DNA of 63,662 nucleotides, counting the filler, from Guillardia theta CCMP2712 (Eukaryota; Protista; Cryptophyta): NCBI RefSeq assembly GCF_000315625.1. It is 6 parts of 6 records of this genome, joined end to end, with 100 filler letters (N's around TTAATTAATTAA, not from the genome) between each part and the next. Parts side by side here need not be neighbours in the genome. Positions count along the whole stretch, not along the records: positions 26,472 to 29,545 come from NW_005434074.1; positions 29,646 to 50,727 come from NW_005434354.1; 4 more parts are not named here. One strand, given 5' to 3'. The position numbers were made by a program, and so were the translations under genes. This document shows positions 27,646-37,400 of this stretch, piece by piece (the first letter of the stretch is position 1; every line of letters begins with the position of its first letter). The notes below the pieces were generated by a model that was given only the letters and a program-made list of their open reading frames with translations, did no database searches and was not told where the DNA came from.

Positions 27646-28473
27646 GGGCCGTCACCGCGGGCTCCCGAGCTCATTACACCCGAGTGTTGCATCTTCGTCC
27701 TCCTCGCCATCCCATCGTTGCCATCACGTTTAATACACACCCGCACGCTGCTATCCNNNNNNNNNNNNNNNNNNNNNNNNNNNNNNNNNNNNNNNNNNNN
27801 NNNNNNNNNNNNNNNNNNNNNNNNNNNNNNNNNNNNNNNNNNNNNNNNNNNNNNNNNNNNNNNNNNNNNNNNNNNNNNNNNNNNNNNNNNNNNNNNNNNN
27901 NNNNNNNNNNNNNNNNNNNNNNNNNNNNNNNNNNNNNNNNNNNNNNNNNNNNNNNNNNNNNNNNNNNNNNNNNNNNNNNNNNNNNNNNNNNNNNNNNNNN
28001 NNNNNNNNNNNNNNNNNNNNNNNNNNNNNNNNNNNNNNNNNNNNNNNNNNNNNNNNNNNNNNNNNNNNNNNNNNNNNNNNNNNNNNNNNNNNNNNNNNNN
28101 NNNNNNNNNNNNNNNNNNNNNNNNNNNNNNNNNNNNNNNNNNNNNNNNNNNNNNNNNNNNNNNNNNNNNNNNNNNNNNNNNNNNNNNNNNNNNNNNNNNN
28201 NNNNNNNNNNNNNNNNNNNNNNNNNNNNNNNNNNNNNNNNNNNNNNNNNNNNNNNNNNNNNNNNNNNNNNNNNNNNNNNNNNNNNNNNNNNNNNNNNNNN
28301 NNNNNNNNNNNNNNNNNNNNNNNNNNNNNNNNNNNNNNNNNNNNNNNNNNNNNNNNNNNNNNNNNNNNNNNNNNNNNNNNNNNNNNNNNNNNNNNNNNNN
28401 NNNNNNNNNNNNNNNNNNNNNNNNNNNNNNNNNNNNNNNNNNNNNNNNNNNNNNNNNNNNNNNNNNNNNNNNN

Positions 28474-29545
28474 TCAGCCGGCTGACAGGGCCGTGACCCG
28501 GCTGACAGGCTCACTGACCGGTCACGTGACACATCACGTGACCGAGACAAGACTTTTTTATATCGCAGATCCAAAAACCCATAGGACATTTCTCCCTCGA
28601 CGGATCCTGCCGGCCGGGCCCGTCAGTAGACGACTGCAGCCTTCAGCCCCGCCTCAGACCCCCTGGAGGCCCGCCAGGAGGCTAAGTGTCCGGAGATTGG
28701 CCGGGGGCCTGATCTCTCCGGGCGGCCGTGACCGGTCAGCGGACCGTGGAGGCCCGCCAGGAGGCTAAGTGTCCGGAGATTGGCCGGGGGCCTGATCTCT
28801 CCGGGCGGCCGTGACCGGTCAGCGGACCGTGTCAGCAGGCCCGTGACATGTCAGCCGGCTGACAGGGGCCGTGACCCGGCTGACAGGCTTACCTGACCGG
28901 TCACGTGACACATCACGTGACCGAGACAAGACTTTTTTATATCGCAGATCCAAAAACCCATAGGACATTTCTCCCAGGGGGAAGAAAACCTCCCTTGACC
29001 CCCCTGTTTCTCGACGGATCCTGCCGGCCGGGCCCGTCAGTAGACCGACTGCAGCCTTCAGCCCCGCCTCAGACCCCCTGGAGGCCCGCCAGGAGGCTAA
29101 GTGTCCGGAGATTGGCCGGGGGCCTGATCTCTCCGGGCGGCCGTGACCGGTCAGCGGACCGTGTCAGCAGGCCCGTGACATGTCAGCCGGCTGACAGGGG
29201 CCGTGACCCGGCTGACAGGCTCACCTGACCGGTCACGTGACACATCACGTGACCGAGACAAGACTTTTTTATATCGCAGATCCAAAAACCCATAGGACAT
29301 TTCTCCCAGGGGGAAGAAAACCTCCCTTGACCCCCCTGTTTCTCGACGGATCCTGCCGGCCGGGCCCGTCAGTAGACCGACTGCAGCCTTCAGCCCCGCC
29401 TCAGACCCCCTGGAGGCCCGCCAGGAGGCTAAGTGTCCGGAGATTGGCCGGGGGCCTGATCTCTCCGGGCGGCCGTGACCGGTCAGCGGACCGTGTCAGC
29501 AGGCCCGTGACATGTCAGCCGGCTGACAGGGGCCGTGACCCGGCT
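28474..29545. repeat. ~332-bp GC-rich tandem repeat (>=3.2 copies, flanked by gaps)
   Basis: Identical landmarks at 28905 and 29237 give a period of 332. The first copy has a deletion and an internal duplication. Palindromes TGTCAGCCGGCTGACA and GGTCACGTGA-caca-TCACGTGACC. Confidence 0.95.
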
Positions 29546-30606
29546 NNNNNNNNNNNNNNNNNNNNNNNNNNNNNNNNNNNNNNNNNNNNTTAATTAATTA
29601 ANNNNNNNNNNNNNNNNNNNNNNNNNNNNNNNNNNNNNNNNNNNNTAAACCCTATTATTATTTGAGTTTATTAGACTCTTAGTCGAGAATTTCATAGCTA
29701 AGAACTATTGCTCTTTGCTCATCTCTCGCCTAATGATCTGTCTAAAGGGGTTCCCAACCTTGGGAGGTTGGCCCATTGTCCTATAGGCCCCTTGGGCCTG
29801 GGTGCTTCCGTATNNNNNNNNNNNNNNNNNNNNNNNNNNNNNNNNNNNNNNNNNNNNNNNNNNNNNNNNNNNNNNNNNNNNNNNNNNNNNNNNNNNNNNN
29901 NNNNNNNNNNNNNNNNNNNNNNNNNNNNNNNNNNNNNNNNNNNNNNNNNNNNNNNNNNNNNNNNNNNNNNNNNNNNNNNNNNNNNNNNNNNNNNNNNNNN
30001 NNNNNNNNNNNNNNNNNNNNNNNNNNNNNNNNNNNNNNNNNNNNNNNNNNNNNNNNNNNNNNNNNNNNNNNNNNNNNNNNNNNNNNNNNNNNNNNNNNNN
30101 NNNNNNNNNNNNNNNNNNNNNNNNNNNNNNNNNNNNNNNNNNNNNNNNNNNGGCTGTACCTTCTCCTCCCTTCATGCGGCCCATGACCTTGTGCCGCATC
30201 TGCCTCCTTCCCCTAANNNNNNNNNNNNNNNNNNNNNNNNNNNNNNNNNNNNNNNNNNNNNNNNNNNNNNNNNNNNNNNNNNNNNNNNNNNNNNNNNNNN
30301 NNNNNNNNNNNNNNNNNNNNNNNNNNNNNNNNNNNNNNNNNNNNNNNNNNNNNNNNNNNNNNNNNNNNNNNNNNNNNNNNNNNNNNNNNNNNNNNNNNNN
30401 NNNNNNNNNNNNNNNNNNNNNNNNNNNNNNNCTCTTCCCTCCAAGACCATGAGCTGCGCCTGTCCTGCCCCTTCCCCCCCCAGTCGCCCACCTCTTCCCT
30501 CCATGACCCTGAGCTGCGCCTGTCTCCTTGGTGCTAGGCTTGTTTTCCTTCCCTGCCTGTGCTCCATAGGTGGCTTGCCCATGAGCCGCGCCTGCCCCCC
30601 ATCGGA

Positions 30607-33600
30607 CTAGGTCGACTTGCTTCCCCTTCTTGCCGTCCATAGCATGTGTTGCACCACCAGCAGTTGCTTGATTGCTGCTGTCTTGATGCCTTCCCATTCC
30701 GTGTCTTCCACCCTTAGCACCCTGAAATTCTCATGCCATTCCCTTTCCATGATCGATCCTTTCACTCCTGCTATGAATGTTGCTTGTTCAACTTCATGGT
30801 CAGGTAGCAAAGCTGTGATTTCTGCTCGTAGGGGGGCATATTTCTCTTCCTTTTCCTGAAATTTCTTCTTCAGGCATTCCAGGCTTGTTTGTTCGACTCC
30901 GTCATACTCCGATGTCCTTGCAAATTCGATGAGGACAATGCGTTTGATGCTTGCAAAGTAGCAGCAACCGTCAGGTATCCAGTGCCCTTCTCGGCGCATT
31001 GAAGTCCCCATCGCTTCCATCACGATGCGTATTGGGGTGTCCCACCATGAATTGACCCGTACCCTTTGTTTCCTCCAACTCTGCTGCAGTCTTACCTTGA
31101 TCTTCTTCATGACTTCATTGTGTAGCTGAACATGACCCCAGGTTTCTTCTCGGTCTGGACAGTGAGGACAACATGGTGAGTTAGTCTTCCCCCATTGAAA
31201 GAGCTTCTTCCTCGTCGGTGCTGAGAAGGTGATCGCTTGGATAGCTGTTCGCGTGACTGACCCTTCGCATTGTTTGAACCCTCTCCCTAGTAAATCTCTT
31301 CCCACATGCATTTCGAGCATGAATTTCTCTGTCAAGGTGAGGTCTCCCGCTCGAATCCTTGCCACCATTGTCTGTTGTCTGATAATGTAGTCCCATTTCT
31401 TCAAGCGATCGAATCCTGATGTAGGATTTTCTTCTCCTGCAATGATGAATTCCATTGGACTATCGTAGATTGCTTTCTCCCATCCCGAGGCAAATGTTTG
31501 TTTTGCTTGCTTGGCCATTTCCTTTGCCTCTTGAATGTTTCTATGAGATTCTTTTGCTAGTTGGAGTCGGATCCTGATTCCCCTCCCTTCGAGTTTCCTC
31601 ATGCAAGTGAGTAACCGATCATGTAAGTCCTCCAGCAGTTCGTCTTCGTATCGCATGGTATCCATTCGCAACGTATTTGTCATAAAGCGGTGGAAACGTG
31701 TGGACTGGTACATTATTGTGACTTGATTTCCCCTTTTGATCTGTATTCCTTCCTCAAGGACATGTTGCAGAAGTAAGCCGATTGCGATTGTGTTCGCTCG
31801 GATGATGCTGCACTTCCCATTGATTTTCATCCCTCCTCCTGACGTCATCTCTTTTTGTTGGAGAACATATCCTACTCGCATGGATCTGTTTTTTCTGCCC
31901 TGCATGATGTCTCCTTCAATAGCTGCTGTGAAATGCCTTCCGCCTTGATGATGATGCCTTCCGCCTTGATGATCGCTGCACGGCTGGATCTGATCCCTTC
32001 GTCTGTTACACAGCTCCTCATACGTTGGGAGGATGTTGTCCTGAAGCTGGACTCGTAAGTATGTTGGGAGTGTGTGCCTAACTAGTATCCATAACTCCTC
32101 TGCAGTCTTCATCAAACACCTATTCCCTGATTGCCAGAAGTTTGCTGCATAAGCTATTTGAGCGCCTTTCGGGACCCGGCTGATAATTTCAAAACCTTCT
32201 GGTATCTCATCAATGTTATTCTTCCATCCTATCAGAATGACATGTATTGTATCCAGGATTTGTTCACGAAATCTCTTTTGTTTGTCCATCCAAATCACCA
32301 CTCTGTGCAGTTCCCTTGCTCTCTTCTTGTCCAGAGCCTGGGGATGTGTGTGTAGGGTAGGCCAGTTACGAAATGTACTGATGTCGCATGCTGTAATCTC
32401 TGCTAGGTGTTGTAAAAACTCGTATGCCAATGGTTGTGTTGTTTCTTGGCGAACCTCTGATACTACCTCCTCGAGTTGTTGCCACCATGCTATAGCTTCT
32501 GTTTCGCCGTCGTCCAATGCATTAACTATTTCCAGCAGCAGATGGATGCTTTGATTGCAGTCTCTTCGGTTATTACCGTCCTCTTCCCTTGTTGCAGATG
32601 TGAAGGGAGCCGAGTCCAGTGACGCTTCCAACCATTCTATTGGTGGATCCATGGTCTTGCTTTCTTCAATTTGAGATCGCTCAAAGATGGCTATGTTCCC
32701 TTGAACTTTGAAAGGTATATTGCTTGTAGTGTAACAGAATCTTTCTTGCGGATTCCCTCCTTCATCATAACAGGTGGGGTCATGTTGGAGCCACCGCCTC
32801 AAAATTACCCGGGTACAAGCCTTCGTATTCGTTTCCTCTCTCCCTTGGTCCGGTCTGGCTAGTTTCTTGTGTGGCTGAAGTTCATGTGGGCTAGCCTCCC
32901 TTTTTCCTTTCCTTCTCTTGTTTAGAGGCTTCCCCTCCTCCCTGGCTGGCCTTCTTCTCTTCCCTGTTCCTGCCTGCTCAAGTCCGAGTTTTGCCCAGAT
33001 GACATTCGCTTGCAGATATTGTGCAAGGATTTCTTCTACTTGTTCCCTTTGCTTTGGGAATGGCCAGAGTCGGATGGGCAGGTGCAGGGAGATGCCTTCG
33101 GTATCTGGGACGGGTAAGACACTTGTCATGGAGTGGAAGCCTACTTGGGGCAGTAGTCTCCATGCCTTTGCAAAACTCTCCCAGCCTTGCCGAGCAGGAG
33201 ATGTAGGTAGGGAGTTTTCTCCGGACAGCAGGGAGTTTTCTTCTGAGAGCATCTTGTCCTCCAGGTCATGTAAGATGGCTATTGTCCCCGGTTTCATCTT
33301 GCTTTCAATCATTTCCCAACTGATGGTGGTCTGCATTTTTTCCGCTATCCAGATTGCGAGTCTCTCCGGTCCTCTTATCTCTTCGTTCTCTTTGAGTCTG
33401 CCCGATCTGATTTCTCGTTGTAGCTGGTTTATTGTTTGACACCCCCATTGGTTGCACCATGATGTTAGTTTGTGGATCAGACTGCTTTTGATATCATCAT
33501 CCACCCTGCATTTCTTATTCGTTTCTTTCTCTAGATACCGAATCGCCGCCCTTCCCAAGATGGGTGCTGGATGGGGGAGTTGGAGGCCTCCTTTGTCCCA

Positions 33601-34440
33601 AGGTAGGTGAAAGATAGCGTTGCTTGTACTCTTGCTCAATCCCATAGCTCTTTTGAATGCTCTGGTCCAGAGGGTATCTAAGGTTTGTAAGTCTGACCAA
33701 GACCAGCTCACCAGTACCGCCGAGTATCTAAATATATTGACGATGCCTACCTTCACCAGGTAATATTTTTGGGCTGCCGAGTAAGCAGATGATTCAATCA
33801 GCTTTGTCAGTTCTTTTGTCTTCTCCAAGATGTGTTCTTTCTCCCCCCACGTGAAGGGGCAGGTGTGCGCCTTGTTGCCTCTTCCTCCTGGTCTCCACAA
33901 GCTGATCCGGATCCCTAGATATTTGAACCATTTCGTCGGTGGTAGGTTCACAAACTCCTTGTCGAAGAACTTGATGGTCTGTGTTCCTGGGATCTCCCTT
34001 CTTAGCCGATAATCAAAGCTGGTGATTTCAGATTTCTTCGTGTTCAGTTCTAATCCACTCCATCGACAGAATCGCTCTACCACTTGGACAAGCGTTTTCA
34101 TCTCTCTCACTGAATGTGCTATCAGGACAAGGTCGTCTGCAAATGACAGATTATTAGGGTGTTGAGTTGCAATCTCGTCTTGTTGTTGATCGAGCTGTTT
34201 GGACAAGATGCTTAGCAGAAGATTTGTTTTTGGCGGACTTGCGGGGCTGCCTTGGGGTAATCCTCTGAGAAGTGGGATGGCTGTTGTTTCGAACCTCTCT
34301 GTCTGAATTTGCAGCGCTATCCCTTGGCTACAACTGATTGCGACGTCTACATCACGCTGGTGAAAGCCGTATACTTCCATGATTTTTGCAATGGATTCGA
34401 CTGCCACATTGTTAAAGAAGTTTGCAAAGTCGAGGTACAA
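30607..34440 (-). CDS. Retrotransposon polyprotein, C-part: RT, possible RNase H-like region, zinc knuckle, restriction-like endonuclease (frameshifted from the N-part at ~34440)
   Basis: YLDFANFFNNV, GLPQGSPASP, FADDLVL, GLELNTKKS, FKYLGI, GGLQL; CPHC..ETWGH..HNEV; IPDG..IVLIEFART..KEEKYAPL..IAGVKGSI. Confidence 0.9.
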   Translation of the reverse strand: MYLDFANFFNNVAVESIAKIMEVYGFHQRDVDVAISCSQGIALQIQTERFETTAIPLLRGLPQGSPASPPKTNLLLSILSKQLDQQQDEIATQHPNNLSFADDLVLIAHSVREMKTLVQVVERFCRWSGLELNTKKSEITSFDYRLRREIPGTQTIKFFDKEFVNLPPTKWFKYLGIRISLWRPGGRGNKAHTCPFTWGEKEHILEKTKELTKLIESSAYSAAQKYYLVKVGIVNIFRYSAVLVSWSWSDLQTLDTLWTRAFKRAMGLSKSTSNAIFHLPWDKGGLQLPHPAPILGRAAIRYLEKETNKKCRVDDDIKSSLIHKLTSWCNQWGCQTINQLQREIRSGRLKENEEIRGPERLAIWIAEKMQTTISWEMIESKMKPGTIAILHDLEDKMLSEENSLLSGENSLPTSPARQGWESFAKAWRLLPQVGFHSMTSVLPVPDTEGISLHLPIRLWPFPKQREQVEEILAQYLQANVIWAKLGLEQAGTGKRRRPAREEGKPLNKRRKGKREASPHELQPHKKLARPDQGREETNTKACTRVILRRWLQHDPTCYDEGGNPQERFCYTTSNIPFKVQGNIAIFERSQIEESKTMDPPIEWLEASLDSAPFTSATREEDGNNRRDCNQSIHLLLEIVNALDDGETEAIAWWQQLEEVVSEVRQETTQPLAYEFLQHLAEITACDISTFRNWPTLHTHPQALDKKRARELHRVVIWMDKQKRFREQILDTIHVILIGWKNNIDEIPEGFEIISRVPKGAQIAYAANFWQSGNRCLMKTAEELWILVRHTLPTYLRVQLQDNILPTYEELCNRRRDQIQPCSDHQGGRHHHQGGRHFTAAIEGDIMQGRKNRSMRVGYVLQQKEMTSGGGMKINGKCSIIRANTIAIGLLLQHVLEEGIQIKRGNQVTIMYQSTRFHRFMTNTLRMDTMRYEDELLEDLHDRLLTCMRKLEGRGIRIRLQLAKESHRNIQEAKEMAKQAKQTFASGWEKAIYDSPMEFIIAGEENPTSGFDRLKKWDYIIRQQTMVARIRAGDLTLTEKFMLEMHVGRDLLGRGFKQCEGSVTRTAIQAITFSAPTRKKLFQWGKTNSPCCPHCPDREETWGHVQLHNEVMKKIKVRLQQSWRKQRVRVNSWWDTPIRIVMEAMGTSMRREGHWIPDGCCYFASIKRIVLIEFARTSEYDGVEQTSLECLKKKFQEKEEKYAPLRAEITALLPDHEVEQATFIAGVKGSIMEREWHENFRVLRVEDTEWEGIKTAAIKQLLVVQHMLWTARRGSKST

Positions 34441-37060
34441 AGTGAGCCTCCTCGATGATGTTGAGTAGCCGATGACCCTGCCTGATCGTTCCTCCCTCTG
34501 GTCTGAAACCTTCCTGGTTGTTAGTGAGTAGCTTATGTTTTTCAGCAGCTTTTGCCAGTCTGTGCGCTATGACTGCCTGGAAGATCCTCGTTATCGAGGA
34601 GAGGACGCATATAGGTCTTTGATTCTCCAAGACGTGACATATCTCATTTTTTGGGAGGAGCCTAACTCTCGCGAGCATCTTTAGTGTTTGCTTGTCTCCG
34701 ATCAAGGCTCGGCTGATTGTCTTGCCTATTTCCTCCTTTGCACTGTCAGGCAGAGCTTTCAGAATCTCGTTTGAAATCAAATCCATGCCTGCTGCTTTCC
34801 GGTTGGCCAGTTTTTGAATCCATACTTGGATCTCGCCTGGCTCCAGCGGGTAAGCTATCTCTACATCCCTGGTCGGGTGTTGATTGATTTGCTCTGGGGG
34901 TTCGAAGTCCGGTGGTTTGACGGAAGTCAGTGATTGACAGCTTTTGCAGAAGAAGAGGATTGATGCTTCTTCGTTTTTCTGGCTTTTGTCATATAACGGG
35001 ATCAGTCGTCCTTTTGTTTGACATTCAGCTCTTGCACAGGTTCCGTTCATGGTACATCCGTTGACTGCAAAGAAGGTTGCCGTGTGGGTTTCATCTTCTA
35101 GATCTCTTGCCAATCTCATGGGGAGGAATTGCTCGATGTTTTTGTATCCTTCCAGGCGCCACCCTCCTGGCTGTGTGATCAGTCCTCGGATGATGGGTAC
35201 GATTGCGTGTGCAGGCGCCAGAGTTATGAACAGCTTTTGTGTCAGTGTTGCCTGGTTCCTCGCCCCGAGAACCTCGACGTGCAGCATGGTTTGATGTCTT
35301 GCATTCCAAAAGGTTTTGCTTGATTCTTTGGAGTTGCTCTGGAGGAATGTCTCGATTAACGGGTTCAGTTCTTGAAGATATGCTGTCTCCGGCTGTTGCA
35401 GCGCTGGCTGGAGATCTCTCCATGACGTAAGTTCGATTGTGTTTGGGTGGCACTTCTCTGGCAGTTGACTCAGCATTGGGGCTTTGGGCTTAAAGTCTGA
35501 CTTCTTGCCCATTGCATTTTGAGACTCTTTACTCCCTATCGTGCCCAAGCGTCTTCTTCGTTCTTCGCATATTTTCAGGAATATCTCTTGGTCTTGTGCT
35601 GCGCAGATCTCCTTGAATTTGGTCATATTCTCTCTTATTTCTGCATGTAAGCTCGACTCCTTGTGTGCGCGATCAATAAAGTCTGGAATTTCTGAAGCGT
35701 TTCTTAAGTCCTTGTGAAGTTGCTTGATTTTGCGCTTCAGATCCATTTGAGTTTTGGATGCATGTCTTTTCCCGCTGGAGCCTCGTAGCGGAATTTCCTT
35801 GATGGGGAGGGCTGTTGTTATCAATTCGAGAATGTCGCAATCTTGATGTAGAGCTTGTGCCGCTTTTATCTTCTCATCAAGTGCTATTGCCCATTCCACG
35901 CCTAGTCTTCCCGATAGCTTGTCCATCTCGACCACCCTTTTCTTTCGTCGAGGGGTTGCTTCTCGATCCCTCCTTTGCGGGAGGATTTCAATCTTTGGGA
36001 TGGCTTGCTTACCCTCAGCATCGAGAGAGCTCACATTCACTACAAGTGCTCTGTGGTCGACTGCGGCTCCTATGATGCAATCCTCTGCGGTCTGCGATAT
36101 TAAGCTTACTGTGCGAGATGGATGGTGTAATGCAAAGACATGATCCAGTTTTGCTTGGTGATGACCTTGCTTGTACCATGTTGAGAAGGTGAAGTGCGTG
36201 CTGCTTCTGCTCATCTTCTCGCAAGTGACCATCTGTGATCGTCCAAGTTCGTTTAAGCCTTGTTCCATTCTCTCATCTGCACGGTGCACACTCGATTTGC
36301 TCCCGTATCCGACTCTCATGGGGATCTCTGGATGTTGTCGAGATGCATTGAAGTCGCCTCCTATGATGGTGAGCTTGACACTTGGCTCCGTCTTGAGCAT
36401 CTGGCTCAGCGTTGCCCACATCTCGTCTTGATCCTCCCCTTGCGCTGCAGTAGGAAAGTGGATGTTACAGATCCCTATCGGTTCTTTTTTTTCGATCTGT
36501 AAAAGTTGTATTCTTTTTTGGAGATTCTGCTCTTCCAACATGTCAGCGCGGCGGCAGAGCAGGGGGGAGGGACGAGGGAGAAGGTCCGCATGTACGAGCG
36601 TCACAAGGCGAAGATCGCTCTTACCCTTTCTCCCCTCCCCTGCACCTTTCGTCATGAACACTCGGTAGCATCCCCATTCTTTCTTGATCATCATTCGGAG
36701 ATCTGCCTCCTTTCGTTTTCCCCCGACCAAAACTTCTTGAAGTAGCACGACTGTTGGTTGATATGTTTCAATCAGGTATCCTAGGATGTGTTTCAGCACA
36801 AATTGACTGCATCCATTGACATTGTGAGAAATGATGTTGCCAGGGGCGTTGTCCTTCCTGTGCGTTTCCACCCATGCTGATTGCACTGACCTGTCGGTGG
36901 TAGTCGTGGGTGGTTTGCTGCCTGCTGGTAGGATTTGCTCCTCCGCCCCCGTTGCCCATTGAAGGTGAGACGAGTTCCCATCTTGCATCTTTGTTGGGCC
37001 TGGTAGCTCCTCCTCTCCCCTTGTCTCCTTGTCGTTCTTCGAGATTGGCGCTGTGTGCAT
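34412..37060 (-). CDS. Retrotransposon polyprotein, N-part: APE endonuclease, linker, start of RT (frame open upstream to ~37270)
   Basis: ISHNVNG, LLQEV, NIHFP, IIGGDFNA, KLDHVF, VDHRALV; then KAAGMDLISNEILK, RPICVLSSITRIF, NQEGFR. Confidence 0.9.
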   Translation of the reverse strand: MHTAPISKNDKETRGEEELPGPTKMQDGNSSHLQWATGAEEQILPAGSKPPTTTTDRSVQSAWVETHRKDNAPGNIISHNVNGCSQFVLKHILGYLIETYQPTVVLLQEVLVGGKRKEADLRMMIKKEWGCYRVFMTKGAGEGRKGKSDLRLVTLVHADLLPRPSPLLCRRADMLEEQNLQKRIQLLQIEKKEPIGICNIHFPTAAQGEDQDEMWATLSQMLKTEPSVKLTIIGGDFNASRQHPEIPMRVGYGSKSSVHRADERMEQGLNELGRSQMVTCEKMSRSSTHFTFSTWYKQGHHQAKLDHVFALHHPSRTVSLISQTAEDCIIGAAVDHRALVVNVSSLDAEGKQAIPKIEILPQRRDREATPRRKKRVVEMDKLSGRLGVEWAIALDEKIKAAQALHQDCDILELITTALPIKEIPLRGSSGKRHASKTQMDLKRKIKQLHKDLRNASEIPDFIDRAHKESSLHAEIRENMTKFKEICAAQDQEIFLKICEERRRRLGTIGSKESQNAMGKKSDFKPKAPMLSQLPEKCHPNTIELTSWRDLQPALQQPETAYLQELNPLIETFLQSNSKESSKTFWNARHQTMLHVEVLGARNQATLTQKLFITLAPAHAIVPIIRGLITQPGGWRLEGYKNIEQFLPMRLARDLEDETHTATFFAVNGCTMNGTCARAECQTKGRLIPLYDKSQKNEEASILFFCKSCQSLTSVKPPDFEPPEQINQHPTRDVEIAYPLEPGEIQVWIQKLANRKAAGMDLISNEILKALPDSAKEEIGKTISRALIGDKQTLKMLARVRLLPKNEICHVLENQRPICVLSSITRIFQAVIAHRLAKAAEKHKLLTNNQEGFRPEGGTIRQGHRLLNIIEEAHFVPRLCKLL

Positions 37061-37400
37061 TGCTTGTGGCGGAGGAGGTGGCTGGAGTGGAGAGACGGGG
37101 CATGAAGCAGGAGGTGGGGGAGAGGAGGACGTCAGGATGTCTACCTGTGCTGACCTGTCTGTAGTTGCAGGACCGTCGCGGCTATGAGCTTCGTTGATCC
37201 TTGTCCTCCTTGCTCCTGCATTACGTTCGCTTGTTGATTTTGCTTTAGATTTTTCGGAAGGGGTCCCATCTTAGGATCCATTGAAGTATGGTGGGGTGGT
37301 AGTATTAGAGTTTTATCTGCGATCAGCTGGTACCGAATATAATGTTTTTCATTTCAAATTCAGTTTCAAATCACTCGCGAAATTTTGTTGCCTGCCCGCC

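Larger units (their letters stand above)
29646..37265 (-). mobile_element. Dualen/RandI-like non-LTR retrotransposon (APE + RT + RLE), 5'-truncated, 3' tail joined to telomeric repeat
   Basis: Two long ORFs with APE, RT, Cys/His and PD-(D/E)xK motifs; ~950-nt 3' UTR ending TCTAATAAACTCAAATAATAATAGGGTTTA. Confidence 0.9.

Noticed and set aside
28493-29593. Repeated 107-118 aa ORFs
   Set aside because: By-products of the 332-bp tandem repeat (period not divisible by 3, no ATG-led coding signal).
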